Below the pieces are notes generated by a model. It made no database searches, was not told the DNA's origin, and saw only the letters and a list, made by a program, of their open reading frames with translations. Positions 38,850-52,030 of a DNA stretch of 64,000 bases are shown here, one piece after another; the first letter of the stretch is position 1; every line of letters starts with the position of its first letter. The stretch spans positions 248,001 to 312,000 of the forward strand of contig JANJGN010000105.1 in NCBI GenBank assembly GCA_026770705.1, written 5' to 3'. The translations under genes and the position numbers were made by a program. The stretch comes from Isurus oxyrinchus (taxonomy: Eukaryota).

Positions 38850-41800
38850 ATCATCGTAAAGAACGAGTCAAAGCTTGATCGCTGTGATTTCTCACTTAAA
38901 TTCCCAGCGTGGTGACAAAAAACACTCATTAGCATTGATCAACCTCAAAGCTGCAAGGCTCAACTAGGCAGGCCACTATATGCCTTAGAGTGCGGTAGAG
39001 CAAGGTTTTTCTTCATTCTCTCCAATGTAACGTCCCTGACAAGGTGGGCATCCTCATCCCTTGAGAATGGTTAAGAGGCAACCACATTTCTGCAGGCAAG
39101 ACTGGGTAAGGGCAGCAGATTTCCATCCCTAAAGGACATTTATGAATCTGATTTTTTTACATCAACCAATGATAGTCTAATGTGAGTCAACATTATTTAA
39201 ATCAGATTTATATCCCAGAATTTCTCAACTGATTTGAAATTCGATCAGCTGCCATAGTTGGATTTGAACCTGTGTCCCCTGAGTATTAACCTCCCTGGAT
39301 TACATGACCAATAAAAAAGGCCTGTCAATTGAGGTAAGCCCCATTCTCTCTAATCCATTGCCTGTGAGCAGATTCTTGGGAAATTCGAGGGGGAGAACAT
39401 GATGTGAACTCTCAGCATGACCTAAGTTCACATAATGGAGAGATAGTTCCACAAGCACTCACACACTTTTCATCTTCAGACCTGCTGTCAACTGCCATTG
39501 TCCATGCCCTCCAAGGGACCAAAAACGTCCCACATGAGCTTTCAAGGTTTCATAGCTTCAATGGAAAGAGGAAACTCGCAGATACTTTATCTTGCTCCCC
39601 AGAGGAATCCAAGGGCTATAAATTCAGAAGCCGTTGGGGGGACGCAGGGGCGGGGGTTGCATGGGGATTATCCACGTGCATTTCATTACATTCAATGGCA
39701 GAATCTCTATCCGCACAACTCTGTTTTCAGGTGCCTCAAACTATTCATCATAATGTGCAGGGACCCGGCAATCACACACTGTAGAGGTAGCAGCTGATCA
39801 GCTTAGTGCAGCATGGAACAGACAATTATTTCCCAGGTTTGTGACACAGAATACATGCTCGTACGTGGGCATAGCTGTTCAACTGAGTGCACAGCCTATC
39901 GTACTCTGCACACAGGATACCATTCTTCTGTCTCACAGCTTTCCGTTCAGCCTGTTGCACTCGGTAGCAGAACTGTAGTATGCATGGAGGTGGATAAAGT
40001 GGTATTGGATCTGCAATGCTGGACAACGCATGTGCATTACCCACCCATGTAAATTCAGCTGTTACCAAAGGAAGGTCAGCAGAATGTGGCTGTGAATGCA
40101 GCTGGTGAGGGACTTTGTGTCTCATTGGCCTGATGTGGCTATTTTGTTTCTGACTGTGGGCTAAACGTTGACTCTCAGCCTCCTGCTGCCTTTCCTCCTT
40201 CCCTCTGGCTAGCTCACTCGGCTCCTTTCCACTGTCACTCTACAGAGTGTCCGTTTTCAACAATGCTGAGCACTGCTCGGTGCCACAGTTGGAGGTTGAC
40301 AGGTTCCTGGTGGTGGATGATTCCTCCTCGTACCCCACCTCCAGCCTGGCCATTGTGCCTGCAAAGAGCAGTCAGCTAGTCCCCAACCTATGCCCAGGTG
40401 AGGGAAACTGTTTTCGCTTTTTCTGTGGTGAGCAATCGCCATTGCCATGGAGTCAAGCGGCTGGAGGATGACACTGCCCTTGGTCTTCACTTTTTTCACC
40501 TTCTGTGTGCTCGCTCCTTCTGCACGGTCAGCAACAGCGTCCAGCTGCAGATCAACAGTGTGCTGTGCTCCTTCATTAACTCTGCAAATGTAATATTTGA
40601 ATGTCTCTGAAATCAGTCAATTCACAATAAATAGGATTGAATAAAAGTGTTCTTTGTTTATTGCAGCTAATATATCTGCCTCTGTAACAGTGCAATGATC
40701 ATTGCTTGTGCTGCGCTCTGCAGACAAGAACATAAGCCATTTACGTGAGTTCACTATTACACGCGGACTAGTTCATCCTGTGAGCAGAGATAGCTTGTAC
40801 CAAACAGATAGCCTGGAAGTCCACCGGCGGCAAAGCGCACAGGAAGCAGCTGGCCACCAAGGCAGCCCGGAAATGCGCCCCCTCCACTGGCGGAGTGAAG
40901 AAACCTCATCGCTGCAGGTGTGTTTTCAGACGTGCTCCGAGAAATCAGCCAATGACACAATTCCACCCCGTTGCTTATCCGCAAACTGTCCTTCCAGCAC
41001 CTGGTGAGGGAAATTGCCCAGTGCTTCGAAACTATCCTGAGGATCAGTCTGCGGTAATTGGAACATTGCAGGAAGCCAGAGTGGCCGACTTGGGTGGCCT
41101 CTTTGAGGATACCAACCTGTGTGCCACCCATGCCAAAAGAGTGACCGTAATGCCCAGAGACACCCAGCTGGCACGACGGCTCCTGGGGTAGTGTGCCTAA
41201 ACTCTTTGCTTCATTACATTTCCTCCAGACTATTTTGAAGTGACGTTTAAATATTTTCTGAAACATTATTGGACTGTTGGTTTGGCTTCTTGTGGAGGCT
41301 GGGCCTTTATTTTGTATTTTTGTTAGTTTGAGTATTGAGCGTGAATCAGTGTGGAAGCAGCGAAACATTTTGTAAACAGTCCTTCCGAACTCTTGGCTCA
41401 GGTTGCAAAATGAACATTAGTATGTTAAAAAAAAAATGAATTGGTCGAGTCTGACCTATACATGCACATCTAACAGGAAGTATTTCAGAAACGATTGTGC
41501 AGAGTGATTTTTTGAACAGTTTTCTGGTTACTCTTACACTCTATGTTGTTTGCCATGACCCCAGGCCTATTCAATAACCTAGATTTTCACTGTCAAAAGC
41601 GCTGATCTTCACTGCGGCCTTCTCTATGTTACAGTAGTAGAAAATAAAGGAGAAATCTTACCACTTATTCTCAAAATTTCGCCAAGAAACTCCCTCCCCC
41701 CTTCTATTTCACAGGGCCCGTCCCCCCTCCCTCCCTATCCTACTTGTCGCTCGCGGCAGACAGCGGTTCAATCCTGGTCAGCAGCTCCACGTTCCAGAAA

Positions 41801-41880
41801 ACCAGCCATAACTTTCGAGTCGTTACAGTGTCCATATGGTCGATAGGGATGGTAATAAGACTGGACAAACCCTAGTAGGA
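38850..41880 (-). pseudogene. Coiled-coil/CxxC/BEN-like gene relic, copy 2 (exon 1 ends 41662; exon 2 40581-~39833; exon 3 starts 39615)
   Basis: ..REFLGEILRIS+G|GTAAG (41661); TTGCAG|AG-LMKE (phase 1 matches). Frame 40353-39826 has a single stop over 176 codons and ends NGILCAEYDRLCTQLNSYAHVRACILCHK. Confidence 0.55.
40790..41200 (+). pseudogene. Intronless histone H3.3-type pseudogene
   Basis: 411 nt; (ATA)[40 protein letters not shown]...[11 protein letters not shown]...[29 protein letters not shown]31 and I89-G90 are H3.3-diagnostic; start codon lost, frameshifts, premature stop. Confidence 0.95.
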
Positions 41881-42246
41881 ACCTGCTGAGGGAGTGATAT
41901 GGTCAATGGTCAGAATGGCAGCAGTGGTCAGAAAAGATTGAAAATTAGTGGCGGGAAGCAAAAAGATCTGGGAACACGTTATGACAAGGATTGATGACTA
42001 CACCAATCTAGAGATTTATTTGAAATCTATTGGAATGCAAATGTTCCTAGAGCATTTCAACTGGGGGTAGTTATTAAACCTCAAGTGGACATTTTGTCCA
42101 CTCCAAACTAAGTTGAAGAAAACCGCTCCTTGTATGCGGGGAAGGCACTGATAAAGAGTGGAAACTGAAACATTGTCTGAATAAAGCACGAGCGGCAGAT
42201 GAAGAGACTTCCGCGGTTCAGATAAACATGTAACAAAGATCATCCC

Positions 42247-42400
42247 CTGAATGTGCTGGAGGTTTTGGAGATACCCTTGTGGTGAGGACTGCCTGCGGTC
42301 ATTGTTTCTCTGCTCTACATCCAGAGAGCAGGGAGTGTAATTTCTCGCCGAAGATGCACCATGCCGACTGGCTCAGCACAGGGCCGAGTGCTGCATAACT
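42247..42400 (+). pseudogene. Degenerate C3HC4 RING-finger-like relic
   Basis: Frameshifted pieces LEVLEIP / VRTACGHCF / ..C.(M)CRL; the 3' part recurs at 27680-27830. Confidence 0.35.
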
Positions 42401-44515
42401 AGCGGCCTCATCATGTGGAGGAGGTTTCAAACTGCAGCAGCCATGTGCCCCGTCTCCCTAAAGATCACATTCGGAGGATGAAGCGGAGAATTGTCACAGC
42501 CCTATGCGGAAATATTTGATTAACTGGACATTTATTTCAAAGAATATCGGAAAAAAAATCATTGTAGATGTTTCAATCCAGTTCTTCCCCTCTCTCACCC
42601 GCCTCTCCCACTAAAATAAACTCCAGGCTGGTCTTGTTTCCCTCCACCCACCCTCTATCACCATGCCGTTCTGGCTCCCCCTCCCTAGTCTACATGCTCT
42701 CCTGACTCCCCCCTTACCCTTACCCAAGAACAAAATAATTGTTTGCAGTCGCATCCCCTCTCTAGGGATCTACATGGTTCCGGACTTGCCCTTCACCCAC
42801 GCCAGATTTGAAAACATTTGGCCTCTCCCAGCTCGGGTCTAAGGCTCGAACCTCTCGCATTCTCGCTCGTGCTCAGTCCTGATCCACACGGACCTTCTTC
42901 AGTTACCGATCTCAAACAGAAAGGGGCACCCTGGGAGCGGCAGGTACTGGGGGAGTGGCCTCTGGACCACACGAAGGGTTTTTAATGTGACCACTTCTGT
43001 GTGTCTGGGAGGAGCAGAGGCGAATCCTCTAATACTGACCATCCCAGGCAAAGGCTGCATTCCGACTTCCTGTCCCACAGCAAGAGGGTTTAGATGATGT
43101 TTGGAGAACTAACAATGTGCGGGGTTGTGGGGTGAAGGCAGGTGAATTACATCAGGTGAAATATTCATGCTGTAAAATCCTCTATAAATTGTGGTTCGTT
43201 CTGCTATCGCTTTCAAAAATTACCGGCGGGAATAACTCCTCGTTCACAACAATCTAAAAGTGACAAATGAAACTTGAACATGCAGCAAGGCTGTAAAGTA
43301 GGCACGACACAAATGTAAGTCGGAAAGTAAGTTGTGAAGAGGGCGTGAGACTCTCAATATGTTACGTGATTGGACAAAGACTTAGCAAATGGAGTAGAAT
43401 GTCGTAAAACGTCAGGTTGTCCATTTTGATTGGATGGACAAAAAAGAGGCAGATAATCCAACTGGTGAGAAATTGCAGAGCTCTGAGATGCAAAGGAGAC
43501 TGGGTATCCTACTGCATGAATCATTTTGTTTCCGTGCACTGCTAAACTCTCCAATACCATTGAAAATCGAACAGTCCAGAGTCCCATGGGAGATCCTTAC
43601 TTTCTCCGAGACCAGGATGGGTGCTTTTGAAAAGTTGTCATTCGCTGAAAAAGCCTCAGTTTCGACTTAAACCTATTTTATTGCTGCAGAGATCGCGCTC
43701 TCTCACCCATTCGCTAATATGTTCTCTACTTTCCTACTGAAGTCATAAAATCAACTAAATATTTCCGTTTAATTCTCACTCAGAGGTGTGTAAGTATTAA
43801 CTTTTGCACGGTCCCAGCAAACTCGCTATCCCCTTCACTCTTCCCACGTTTCTGCTGGATTGTTTTGTGAAGATGTGCTCAAAAATAGCAAATGGCCTGT
43901 GGGGAATGAGCCCAAACTGTGCTTCCTAAAAGGACAAGTCCGATTTTTCATTGTTCTCTGACCTATTCCCTATCTCCAGTTCTTATGTTCAGATGCGGAA
44001 CAAAGTGAGTTGCAGAAAATGTTCATTTCACTTGCTGATTTGCAGTGGAAAACCGTGCATGAGGTATTTAGTTCCAAACTGAACGCAGCTTATTCATGAG
44101 TCGGAGACTGATAGATACAGAATCAATCCCACACTCACAGCTAGTAACAGAGATTGATATTTACAGAATCAATCTAACATCCATCCGTGGTGCCAAAGAC
44201 TGATATTCGTGCGCAGGAATCGATATTCAAATAAAAAATTGGATGCAGCAGATGGAAAGTATTCAGAGAATCACTGAATGTGACAAATCTGAGTAATTCT
44301 ATCCCGGCTCCACACTACAGCTCAGGGAAAGCCTTTATTATCATCAAGAAGGTATACATCTGAGTTACATTTTAAATGGAAGATACGTGGAGGTGGGAAA
44401 TAATTATATTTCTATTAAACCCGCCCGTGTGTTCGGAGCACAATCTCACCGAAATGGATCAATTTCAGCTTCAAGCTAGGGGTTTCTGGTTTGAGAGGTT
44501 TAACAACCAAGAAAC

Positions 44516-44587
44516 TGTGCTGGCTGGGAACAGAAACCGGATCAACTGCTTAGAAGGTAGCGACGCTCCCCACTATAACACCATCGA
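44516..44587 (-). pseudogene. tRNA-Gly(TCC)-derived pseudogene (anticodon now TCT)
   Basis: Reverse complement TCGATGGTGTTATAGTGGGGAGCGTCGCTACCTTCTAAGCAGTTGATCCGGTTTCTGTTCCCAGCCAGCACA. Confidence 0.7.
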
Positions 44588-45269
44588 TAAGTGCTAGCAT
44601 TGATGCTTAACAATAAGTCACAAAATTCTTAAGAAGAGGGTTATAATTACAAGTGAAGCAAAAATGATGCTGAGCCACAGAAGAACACATTAAATCAGAC
44701 GACAAAAGCTTGCTCAAAGCAGAAGCTTTTAAATAATATCTTAAACATCAGAAGGAGCGGGAGAAGTGGCGTATTTTAGGGAGGGAATGCAGAATTTTAG
44801 ACCAGGTCAGCATCAACTACAATTTATTTGATTAAATTCAGTTCCTCTGTTTCATGCCAACTGGAAACTGTCCTTGACATGAATCTCTTGTGGTATCTGT
44901 CAATGTGTCAGAGAAGCGGATTGGGCCCCTATGGAACCCTTTCAACAGTGACTGCAATAGGACCCCTGGGTAGGGTTGCTGCAATTCCCGGAATACATTG
45001 ACAGCTTTTTTTTTATTATTGCTTCGTGGATGTGAAAACCGCTGGTAAGGCCATCATTTATTTATGCAGTTTCTTTCTCCTGTCAGTGTTTAATTGTCCA
45101 CCACTATTCACAACTGGATGTGGAAGGCCTGCAGTGCTTTGGTCTGATCCGATGCTTATGGCGTCACTTCGAAAGTGATTGTCTCAGAGGGCAGAAGACA
45201 ATGGTTTTCAGGGTACCAAAACCAAAGAGTGCTGTAATGGGAATAAGATAACCAAGATATGTAGAAGGC

Positions 45270-45820
45270 GCTGGTTCATCCTCAGCTGGTGTATCCCGCC
45301 CCGATCAGGGCGCTTCTCTTTTCGAAGTCAGTGAAAATGTGAAGGATGTTGGAAGGAGGGCAGAAAATGTTCATGAGAATGTTTTCTAGGATGAGGAGAT
45401 TCAGTTGTGAGAAGTTAGGGCTGATTTCCTGGGAGAAAGGAAGGTTGAGAGCAGGTTTGTTAGAGGGATTGAAAATCACGAAAGTTCTGGAGAAGTTGGA
45501 TGGGAAGCAAATGTTCCAATCCGTAAAATGATCAATTTCGAGCTAGCGCAGCTTTAAAGTAATTGTTTGAAAAAGAACAAAAGTGACACGACGAAAAAAA
45601 TATACTTTTGTTCTCGTGGAAAGTGGTTAAGTTCTGGAATGCACCGCCTGACATTATGGTGAAGGTAGGTTCGAGGGAAGCAAAAAGAAGGGAGTTAGAC
45701 TGTTTTCTCGAAATCAAAACCGTCCATAAAGGGAGAAAGTGGGGAATGTGACTAAGTGAATTGCTCATTCAGACACGATGGGTCGAATGACCTTCTCCTG
45801 CGCTGTAACATTTCTGAGTT
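45270..45820 (+). mobile_element. CR1 LINE 3' fragment (paralogue of 16590-17010)
   Basis: ORF 45346-45531 LEGGQKMFMRMFSRMRRFSCEKLGLISWEKGRLRAGLLE. Confidence 0.8.
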
Positions 45821-46629
45821 TCTGTGATTCTCTGAGTATAATAAGGAAAGAAAAGATGTGTCCAGATGAGGTTGTGAATGGCAGCACAGCAACCGCCCGA
45901 ATGTAACATGGACAATAAAGATAAAAACGTGACAAACCAAACAGGCAAGAAGAAAAACAATACACGCTGGAAACAACATAAAGGCAGATGCGTGGATCTA
46001 AATTAGTTGAACTCAATTTTGAGTCCAGAAGGCTGCAGTTGGAAGATGAGGTGTTCTCCTTCGAAGTTTGCTGTTGTTGACGCCATTTAGTCCCTAGCTC
46101 ACGTTCAGTGACGTTGTGTCTGATTGGAGAAGAGCTGCATATGCTCGCCTTTGCCTCATATTCCCTCATACCCTCTATTAAAACTCTAGGACTCTTAGAT
46201 TGAAAATATAACAATCGATCAAGCATGAGTTTCTGCATACAGAGGGAGATCTGAGGTTTAAGCACACTTTCCGTGTAGAATTGTTTCACAATTTCCATTC
46301 TGGCTTTAGATTTTGACTGGCCCTTAGTCCCAGATTCCCAGGAAACGGAAATACATTCAGGCACTGATCTAATGTTGGCATCCAGAATTCCTGGATCAAA
46401 TCAGTACATGCATCACGGGGGGATTTCGTTCCAGGGAAAGTCAGCGTCTTCCAGGGGCTGAGCTGTGATTTACTGTCCGGAATTGAGGAACATGAGGAGG
46501 GAGTTCAAGAAGCAAACGATGATGCACAACAAGAAAGCTGAAAGATTGGCGATGAGCGAGAGCGAGGAATAAGAATGGCGATTAGGATTTTTTTCCAAAA
46601 TGCCTTCAGACAGAAAAGGAAAGCTGTAG

Positions 46630-47060
46630 AGAAACTGGAAATTGAAAGAAAAATAAACAGAACATTCTGGAAATATTCAGCAGCTCATAGAGCATGTATG
46701 TAGACAAAAAGTTAACTGTTTAGGTCGATGGCTTCTCATCAAACTGGAAGAAAGATGTGAATATAACAGTGTTTAAACCAGTGGTGTGCGGGAGTAGGTG
46801 GGATGTACATAAGAGAATGTCAATGAGGATGGAGGGCAGGGGGAATGGTTTCATGGTTACAAAAAATATGTAATGGCTGTAGGAAAGAAAGCAAGACAAT
46901 GTGGCTCCATATAAGGTTGTGAATGGACACTTAACAACAGTCCGAATGTAACATGAAAGAATAAAGAGAGAAACTTGACCAAACGATGTTGAAGCAAGTG
47001 CTCTGATCTAAAATTGTTGAACTCAGTGTTCAGTCCAGAAGGCTCTATCCCACCCAATTG
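46630..47060 (-). mobile_element. Penelope-like 3' end
   Basis: ORF 46857-47057 begins IEPSGLNTEFNNFRS (GIY-YIG tail 'P.GLN'); degenerate hammerhead core at ~46710-46742. Confidence 0.65.
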
Positions 47061-48287
47061 ATTGACCAGGGGCAGTTCCTCGAGCTTTGCTCTTGTTGAG
47101 ATCCGTTATTTGCTGGAACGTGTTCTGTTATTCTAAGATCCTGGTTGTTCGGTGACTACCTCCATATGTTCATTTTTCACTCATATTCCTTTAACTCCTC
47201 TGTTAAGAAAACTCTTCGAAACTCTGATCTATAATAAAGCAATGGGTTAAACATTAATTACCGTAATCAGAAGCTCCAGCGTCATTTGTGTGTAGAATTA
47301 TTTTCTAATTCCCATGTTAAAATCTTTGGCTTTAATTCTTTGACTGTGACCTGGGTCCTTGATTCCCAGTCAGCGGAAGTAGTTTATCGGCCGATCTTAT
47401 CCGTTCAACGCTACAAACGAAATTGATAAATCCCTCCTGCAAACAAGAGGAAGGATTTCGGTAAAGGGACAGTCAATGGGTTAATTGTAGGGACTGAGCT
47501 GTTGTTTAGTGTCGAGAATTGAAGAGAGTTAGGAGCGAGTTCATGAGACAGATTTACAGAGGAAGAAAACTGAAAGATTGGCGAGGAGGAAGAGCGAAGG
47601 ATATGAATGACGTTCAACATCTTTCAAATGTTGCTCAATGAAAGACCGAAAGAGAAATTAATCTCTGAGCCAAGGAGCTGCTGATCCGTGCAGTGACCAT
47701 AAAATCGAATTGAAATTTGTAGAATCATGGTTTTTACTGGGGGAGATGTAATGGGACAAGCAAAGAAATAAAAATGGTGAATGATTGGGAGCATAATAAA
47801 AAGCTGCTGTCCGGAAACAAAAATAGGAGCGGAAAAGTAAATCTTTTAATCCGAAAAAATGGTGGCAGGGATTAAAATGTAAGTCACACTGTCATGTTAG
47901 TGTTGCCCTTTTGAAGATGCACTTTTGCTATCAGATTATTAATGAATTCTGGCTCGTTACTCATTACTAAGTTCAGCATGGCCTGTTCCTGTCGGTTTCA
48001 TAGTGTCTTGTTTCAGCAAGCTAATCTAGATTGAAGCTACCGATTCACCGATTTTCCGGATATTCCGATTCAAGCCAGTTTAGGTGAAAACACAGTTTTT
48101 ATGCTAAAACACACCCAGGAATGTCGTCCAACTATAGACACTCATTTTCTCACACTCTCACACACGTCGGAAAACAACCGCTGTTCCTTTATTGGCACGA
48201 AATGTCAACTTTATATCAACCATTTTCCAATTCTGAAGCCGATTCCAATTTTGTTTGCTTTCTTTGTGTTAATTTGTAATAAAATGC

Positions 48288-48344
48288 CTCCCCATCGGGG
48301 AGTCGAAACCCTGCCTCCCGCCTGACAGGCGGGGTTACTGACCA
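48288..48344 (-). pseudogene. 5'-truncated tRNA-Asp(GTC) pseudogene
   Basis: Reverse complement TGGTCAGTAACCCCGCCTGTCAGGCGGGAGGCAGGGTTTCGACTCCCCGATGGGGAG. Confidence 0.8.
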
Positions 48345-50004
48345 AACAAAAATAATGCGAAGTAAAGGAACCTGGGGTTAGCTGCATACTGTAATAAATG
48401 AAATTGAAGAGGTGGTCTAATGTGGGGCTTCAGGGTGTGCCTGCTTCCTTCAGTGATCCCAGAGAGAAGGATGGCAGGATAACTTCTCTAAGTGAAGTCA
48501 CGGTGTCTGAATTCCAATCTGCAATGAGAAAGGCAGAGTTAACTTTTATAATCAATAGCGTCAAACGGACTTGAAACGTTAACTCTGCCTTTGTCTCCAC
48601 AGATGCTGTCAGTGGTGTTGAGTTTATCCAGAAGTTTTTTGTTTGTTTCAGATTTCCAGCATTCGCAATATTTTGCCTTTAGCCTGGACTTCATAATGCT
48701 GAATAATCCACAGATTGACAAAATTATTGAACAATAGAAATTGAGTTGCCCTATGGTCAGTACAGTTATATCATGAAGAATTCCTTGTGAGTGTAGAGTC
48801 TCCATTTCTCAATGAGAACATGCGGCCGACAGTGAGACCAACGCATGTAATACTCACATCAGATTTCCAGGAAAGTTGCCAATTTCTGCAATCGCCACAC
48901 TTCCGATTTTATTTATTAATTTTAATTTATTTATTTCAAGGTTTTTTTGTTTGTCAAAGATTCCCCGCCACTTACTGATCTATAATAGGCAGGTTGACTT
49001 CCTCCCCTTTTTTGAATATGGATGGAACATTTTCAATCTTCCAGTCCTCTGGCACCAATGGATGACTCTCTCTCTCTCTCTCTTTCTCACCACAGCACTA
49101 TCGCTACTTCCCCTTCTCCCAAGTATTTTCATAATTGCAGTTTGCGGTTTTATATATACTTGATTGTCTTGATAACAAACGATAATTATTCTCGTTTGGG
49201 TGAGTCAGATATATGAGAACACACTCTACAATATGAATACGTTCAATAATTACTGATTATAATCATGTAGATGAATATTGCTTACAATATTACAAATGTG
49301 ATTAATTCTGAGGTCGATATGTGTGGTGGGGGTACAGAAAACATTTGTATGGTGGGCTGTTAGTGAGCTCCAGTCCATTGTTTGTGGTAGAAACTGTTTG
49401 TTGGAATTTCAGTCTGGCTAGAATTGATTAGATGAGTAGATTACAAATGATTGATTCGATTAAGAATCCAATGTTTTGCAAGAGAGAGAAAGAGAGACAC
49501 GCTATCAAATTGGCATAAGGCCTGTTCTCTATGATCCACTGCTTGTGGGCACGTTCACGGGAAAGTCGAGGGTGAGGGCATGATGCAACCTCTCAGTGAG
49601 AACTGACTTCACATAATGGAGAGAGGGTCCTGCAAGTACTCACCAAATTTTCATCTTCATTCCTGCTGTCAGTGCCACCATTGATCTTAAAGAGAGCAAC
49701 AATGCTCCTCATGAAATGCAGCTCTCCATGATTCACAGCTTCAATGGGGAGAGGAAAATCACAGGTTACTTTCTCTGGCTACCGGAGGAATCCAAAGGCT
49801 GCAATTGCAGCAGGCATGAGATGAGGATGGATGGGGAGGTGGCGGGGATGATATACATATATTGCATGACATCCAATTGCAAAACCTGCACCAGGATTAG
49901 AGGTGGCCAATTCTAAATTCACACAACACCGGGTCAGGTGTCTCAGACAACATATGCAGGGACACAAAAACCACACACTGTGGTGTCGTGTCCTTGTCCA
50001 AAAT

Positions 50005-50685
50005 GTTCAATTTCAATAACACAGACCTCCCTGTCACTTGCCATTTTCAAACTCCACCCTGGTCCCTTGCCCACCTGTCTGTCCTTGGCTTGCTGCATTG
50101 TTGCAGCGAAGCTCAACGCAAACTGGAGCAACAGCACCTCATCTTCCGGCTAGGCACTTTGCAGCCTTCCAGACTGAATATTGAGTTCAAAAACATTAGG
50201 TCTTGAGCTTCTTCATCCATCCCGACCCCCTTTCCGTTTCTTCCCCCTCCCGTTTGTTTTTTTCAATAATTTATATAGATTTTTCTTTTCTCACCTATTT
50301 CCATTATTTTTAAATCCATACGTTTTATGCCCTTTTAATTTTATTTCACTCCATCCCCACTAGAACTATTTGTACATTGCGTGTCCTGCCATGCAGTCCT
50401 AATTAGCACATTATTTTAGATAATATCACCACCTTCAACTCCTCTTTGTTCTTTTTTCTGTGACATCTTTAGATTATCTGCTCCTATCACTGCTTGGTTG
50501 TCTCTACAACCACCACCACAACTTCTCTCCCACACCCCCACTTTAAACCAGCTTATATTTCACCCCTCTCCTATTTTTACTTAGTTCTGTTGACGGGTCA
50601 CGAGGACTTGAAACATCAACTTTGTTCTTCTCTGCCGATGCTGCCAGACCTGCTGAGTAGTTCCAGGTATTTCTGTTGTTGTACT
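50005..50685 (+). mobile_element. Penelope-like retroelement 3' portion (GIY-YIG C-terminus, 3' UTR, hammerhead-like core)
   Basis: ORF 49988-50206 DLPVTCHF..PPWSLAHLSVLGLLHCCSEAQRKLEQQHLIFRLGTLQPSRLNIEF; CTGTTGA-CGGGTC..GACTT-GAAACATC at 50587-50617. Confidence 0.9.
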
Positions 50686-51618
50686 CTAATCTCTTTTTCT
50701 CTGCACGCAGAACTCCATTCTCCTGCGTCAGCACTTCCATTTCACCCAGAATCTCTCGTAGGCCAGAGTGTGCTTGTCCACCGAAAACATCTGGGTGTAT
50801 CACCCCTGCTATTTAATGATATGGGTAAAGTGGTGTTGGACCTGTGATACTGGCCAGTCCATGTCCATTCCCCACCCATGTAGGTTCAGCTGCTGACAAG
50901 TGAAGCTCAGCCGGATGTGGCTGTGAAAGCAGCTGCTGAGGGGCTCTGTGTCTCATTGGCTTCTTGTGTGACTGTTTTCATTCTGACTGGCGGAAAAACG
51001 TTAACCCTTCTCCTCACGTTTCCTTGCCACCAACTCTCTGGATGGCTCACTTGGCACCTTTCAGCTGCCACTGTATGGACTGTCTATTTTCATCAATGCT
51101 GACCGCTGATCGGTGCCACTGCTGGAGGTTGACACAATCCTGATGGGAGGCAGTTCCACCTCTCCCTCCTCATCCTCCAGTTGCCCACTATCCCTGGACA
51201 CAGCAGCCAGCTAGCCTCCAAACTAGGCCCGTGCGAATGACAGTATTTGACTTTGTTGCCATGGTGAGCCACATCCATTGCCAAGTAGACAAGCGGTAGG
51301 AGGTTGCACACTGACCTTGGTCTTCACTTCATTCATCTACTGTGTGCTCGCTCAGCTGCACATCAACAGTGTGCTGGGCGATCTTGAGCTCTTTCCTTAA
51401 CTCTGCAAAAGTAACATTGGAATGTCTGAGAAATCAGCCAGTTCACAATGAACAGGATTAACGAGAAGGATTATTTGTTCATCACTTTTCGCAGCTTTTC
51501 TTATGTGCCTCTGTAACAAAGCAATGATCATTGCTTGTGCTGCACTCCACAGTCAAGAAGATAAACCATGCATCCGAGTTCACAATTGCTGGCGGACACG
51601 TCCATCCTTTGAGAGGAG

Positions 51619-52030
51619 ATGGCTCGTACCAAACAGGTCACCCACAAATCCACCGGCGATAATGAGACCAGGAAGCAGCTGGCTACTAAGGCAGCCAGGA
51701 AATGTGCCACCTCCACTGGCGAAGTGAAAAAAAAACCTCATCGCTACAGGCCAGTTACTGTCACGCTCCGAGAAATCCACTGATGCCAGAATTGCACAGA
51801 GTTGCTTATCCGCAAACTGTCCGTGCAGCGCCTGGTGAGGGAAATTGCCCAGGGCTTCGAAACTGACCTGAGGTTTCTGAAAGCTGCAATTGGAACTTTG
51901 CAGGAAGCCAGTGAGGCCTACTTGGTTGGCCTGTTTAAGGAGACCAACCTGTTGCATCCATGTAAAAAAAAATTATGTAACACCCAAAGACACCCAGCTG
52001 GCATGACGGATCCCGGGAGAACGTGCTTAA
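51619..52030 (+). pseudogene. Intronless histone H3.3-type pseudogene (duplicate)
   Basis: [54 protein letters not shown]...[50 protein letters not shown]; the AAIG motif marks H3.3. Confidence 0.95.

Noticed and set aside
39750-39860. Apparent IAP-type RING (CILC...PCC..LISC..Y...PCTL) after the CxxC
   Set aside because: Seen only in copy 2's shifted frame, with stops; not reproduced in copies 1 or 3.
40757-41368. 203-aa minus-strand ORF (and 51580-51957)
   Set aside because: Antisense shadows of the H3.3 pseudogenes.
44516-44587. Possible Gly-to-Arg anticodon-switched tRNA (TCT)
   Set aside because: Acceptor stem and B box are also damaged, so random decay is the simpler explanation.
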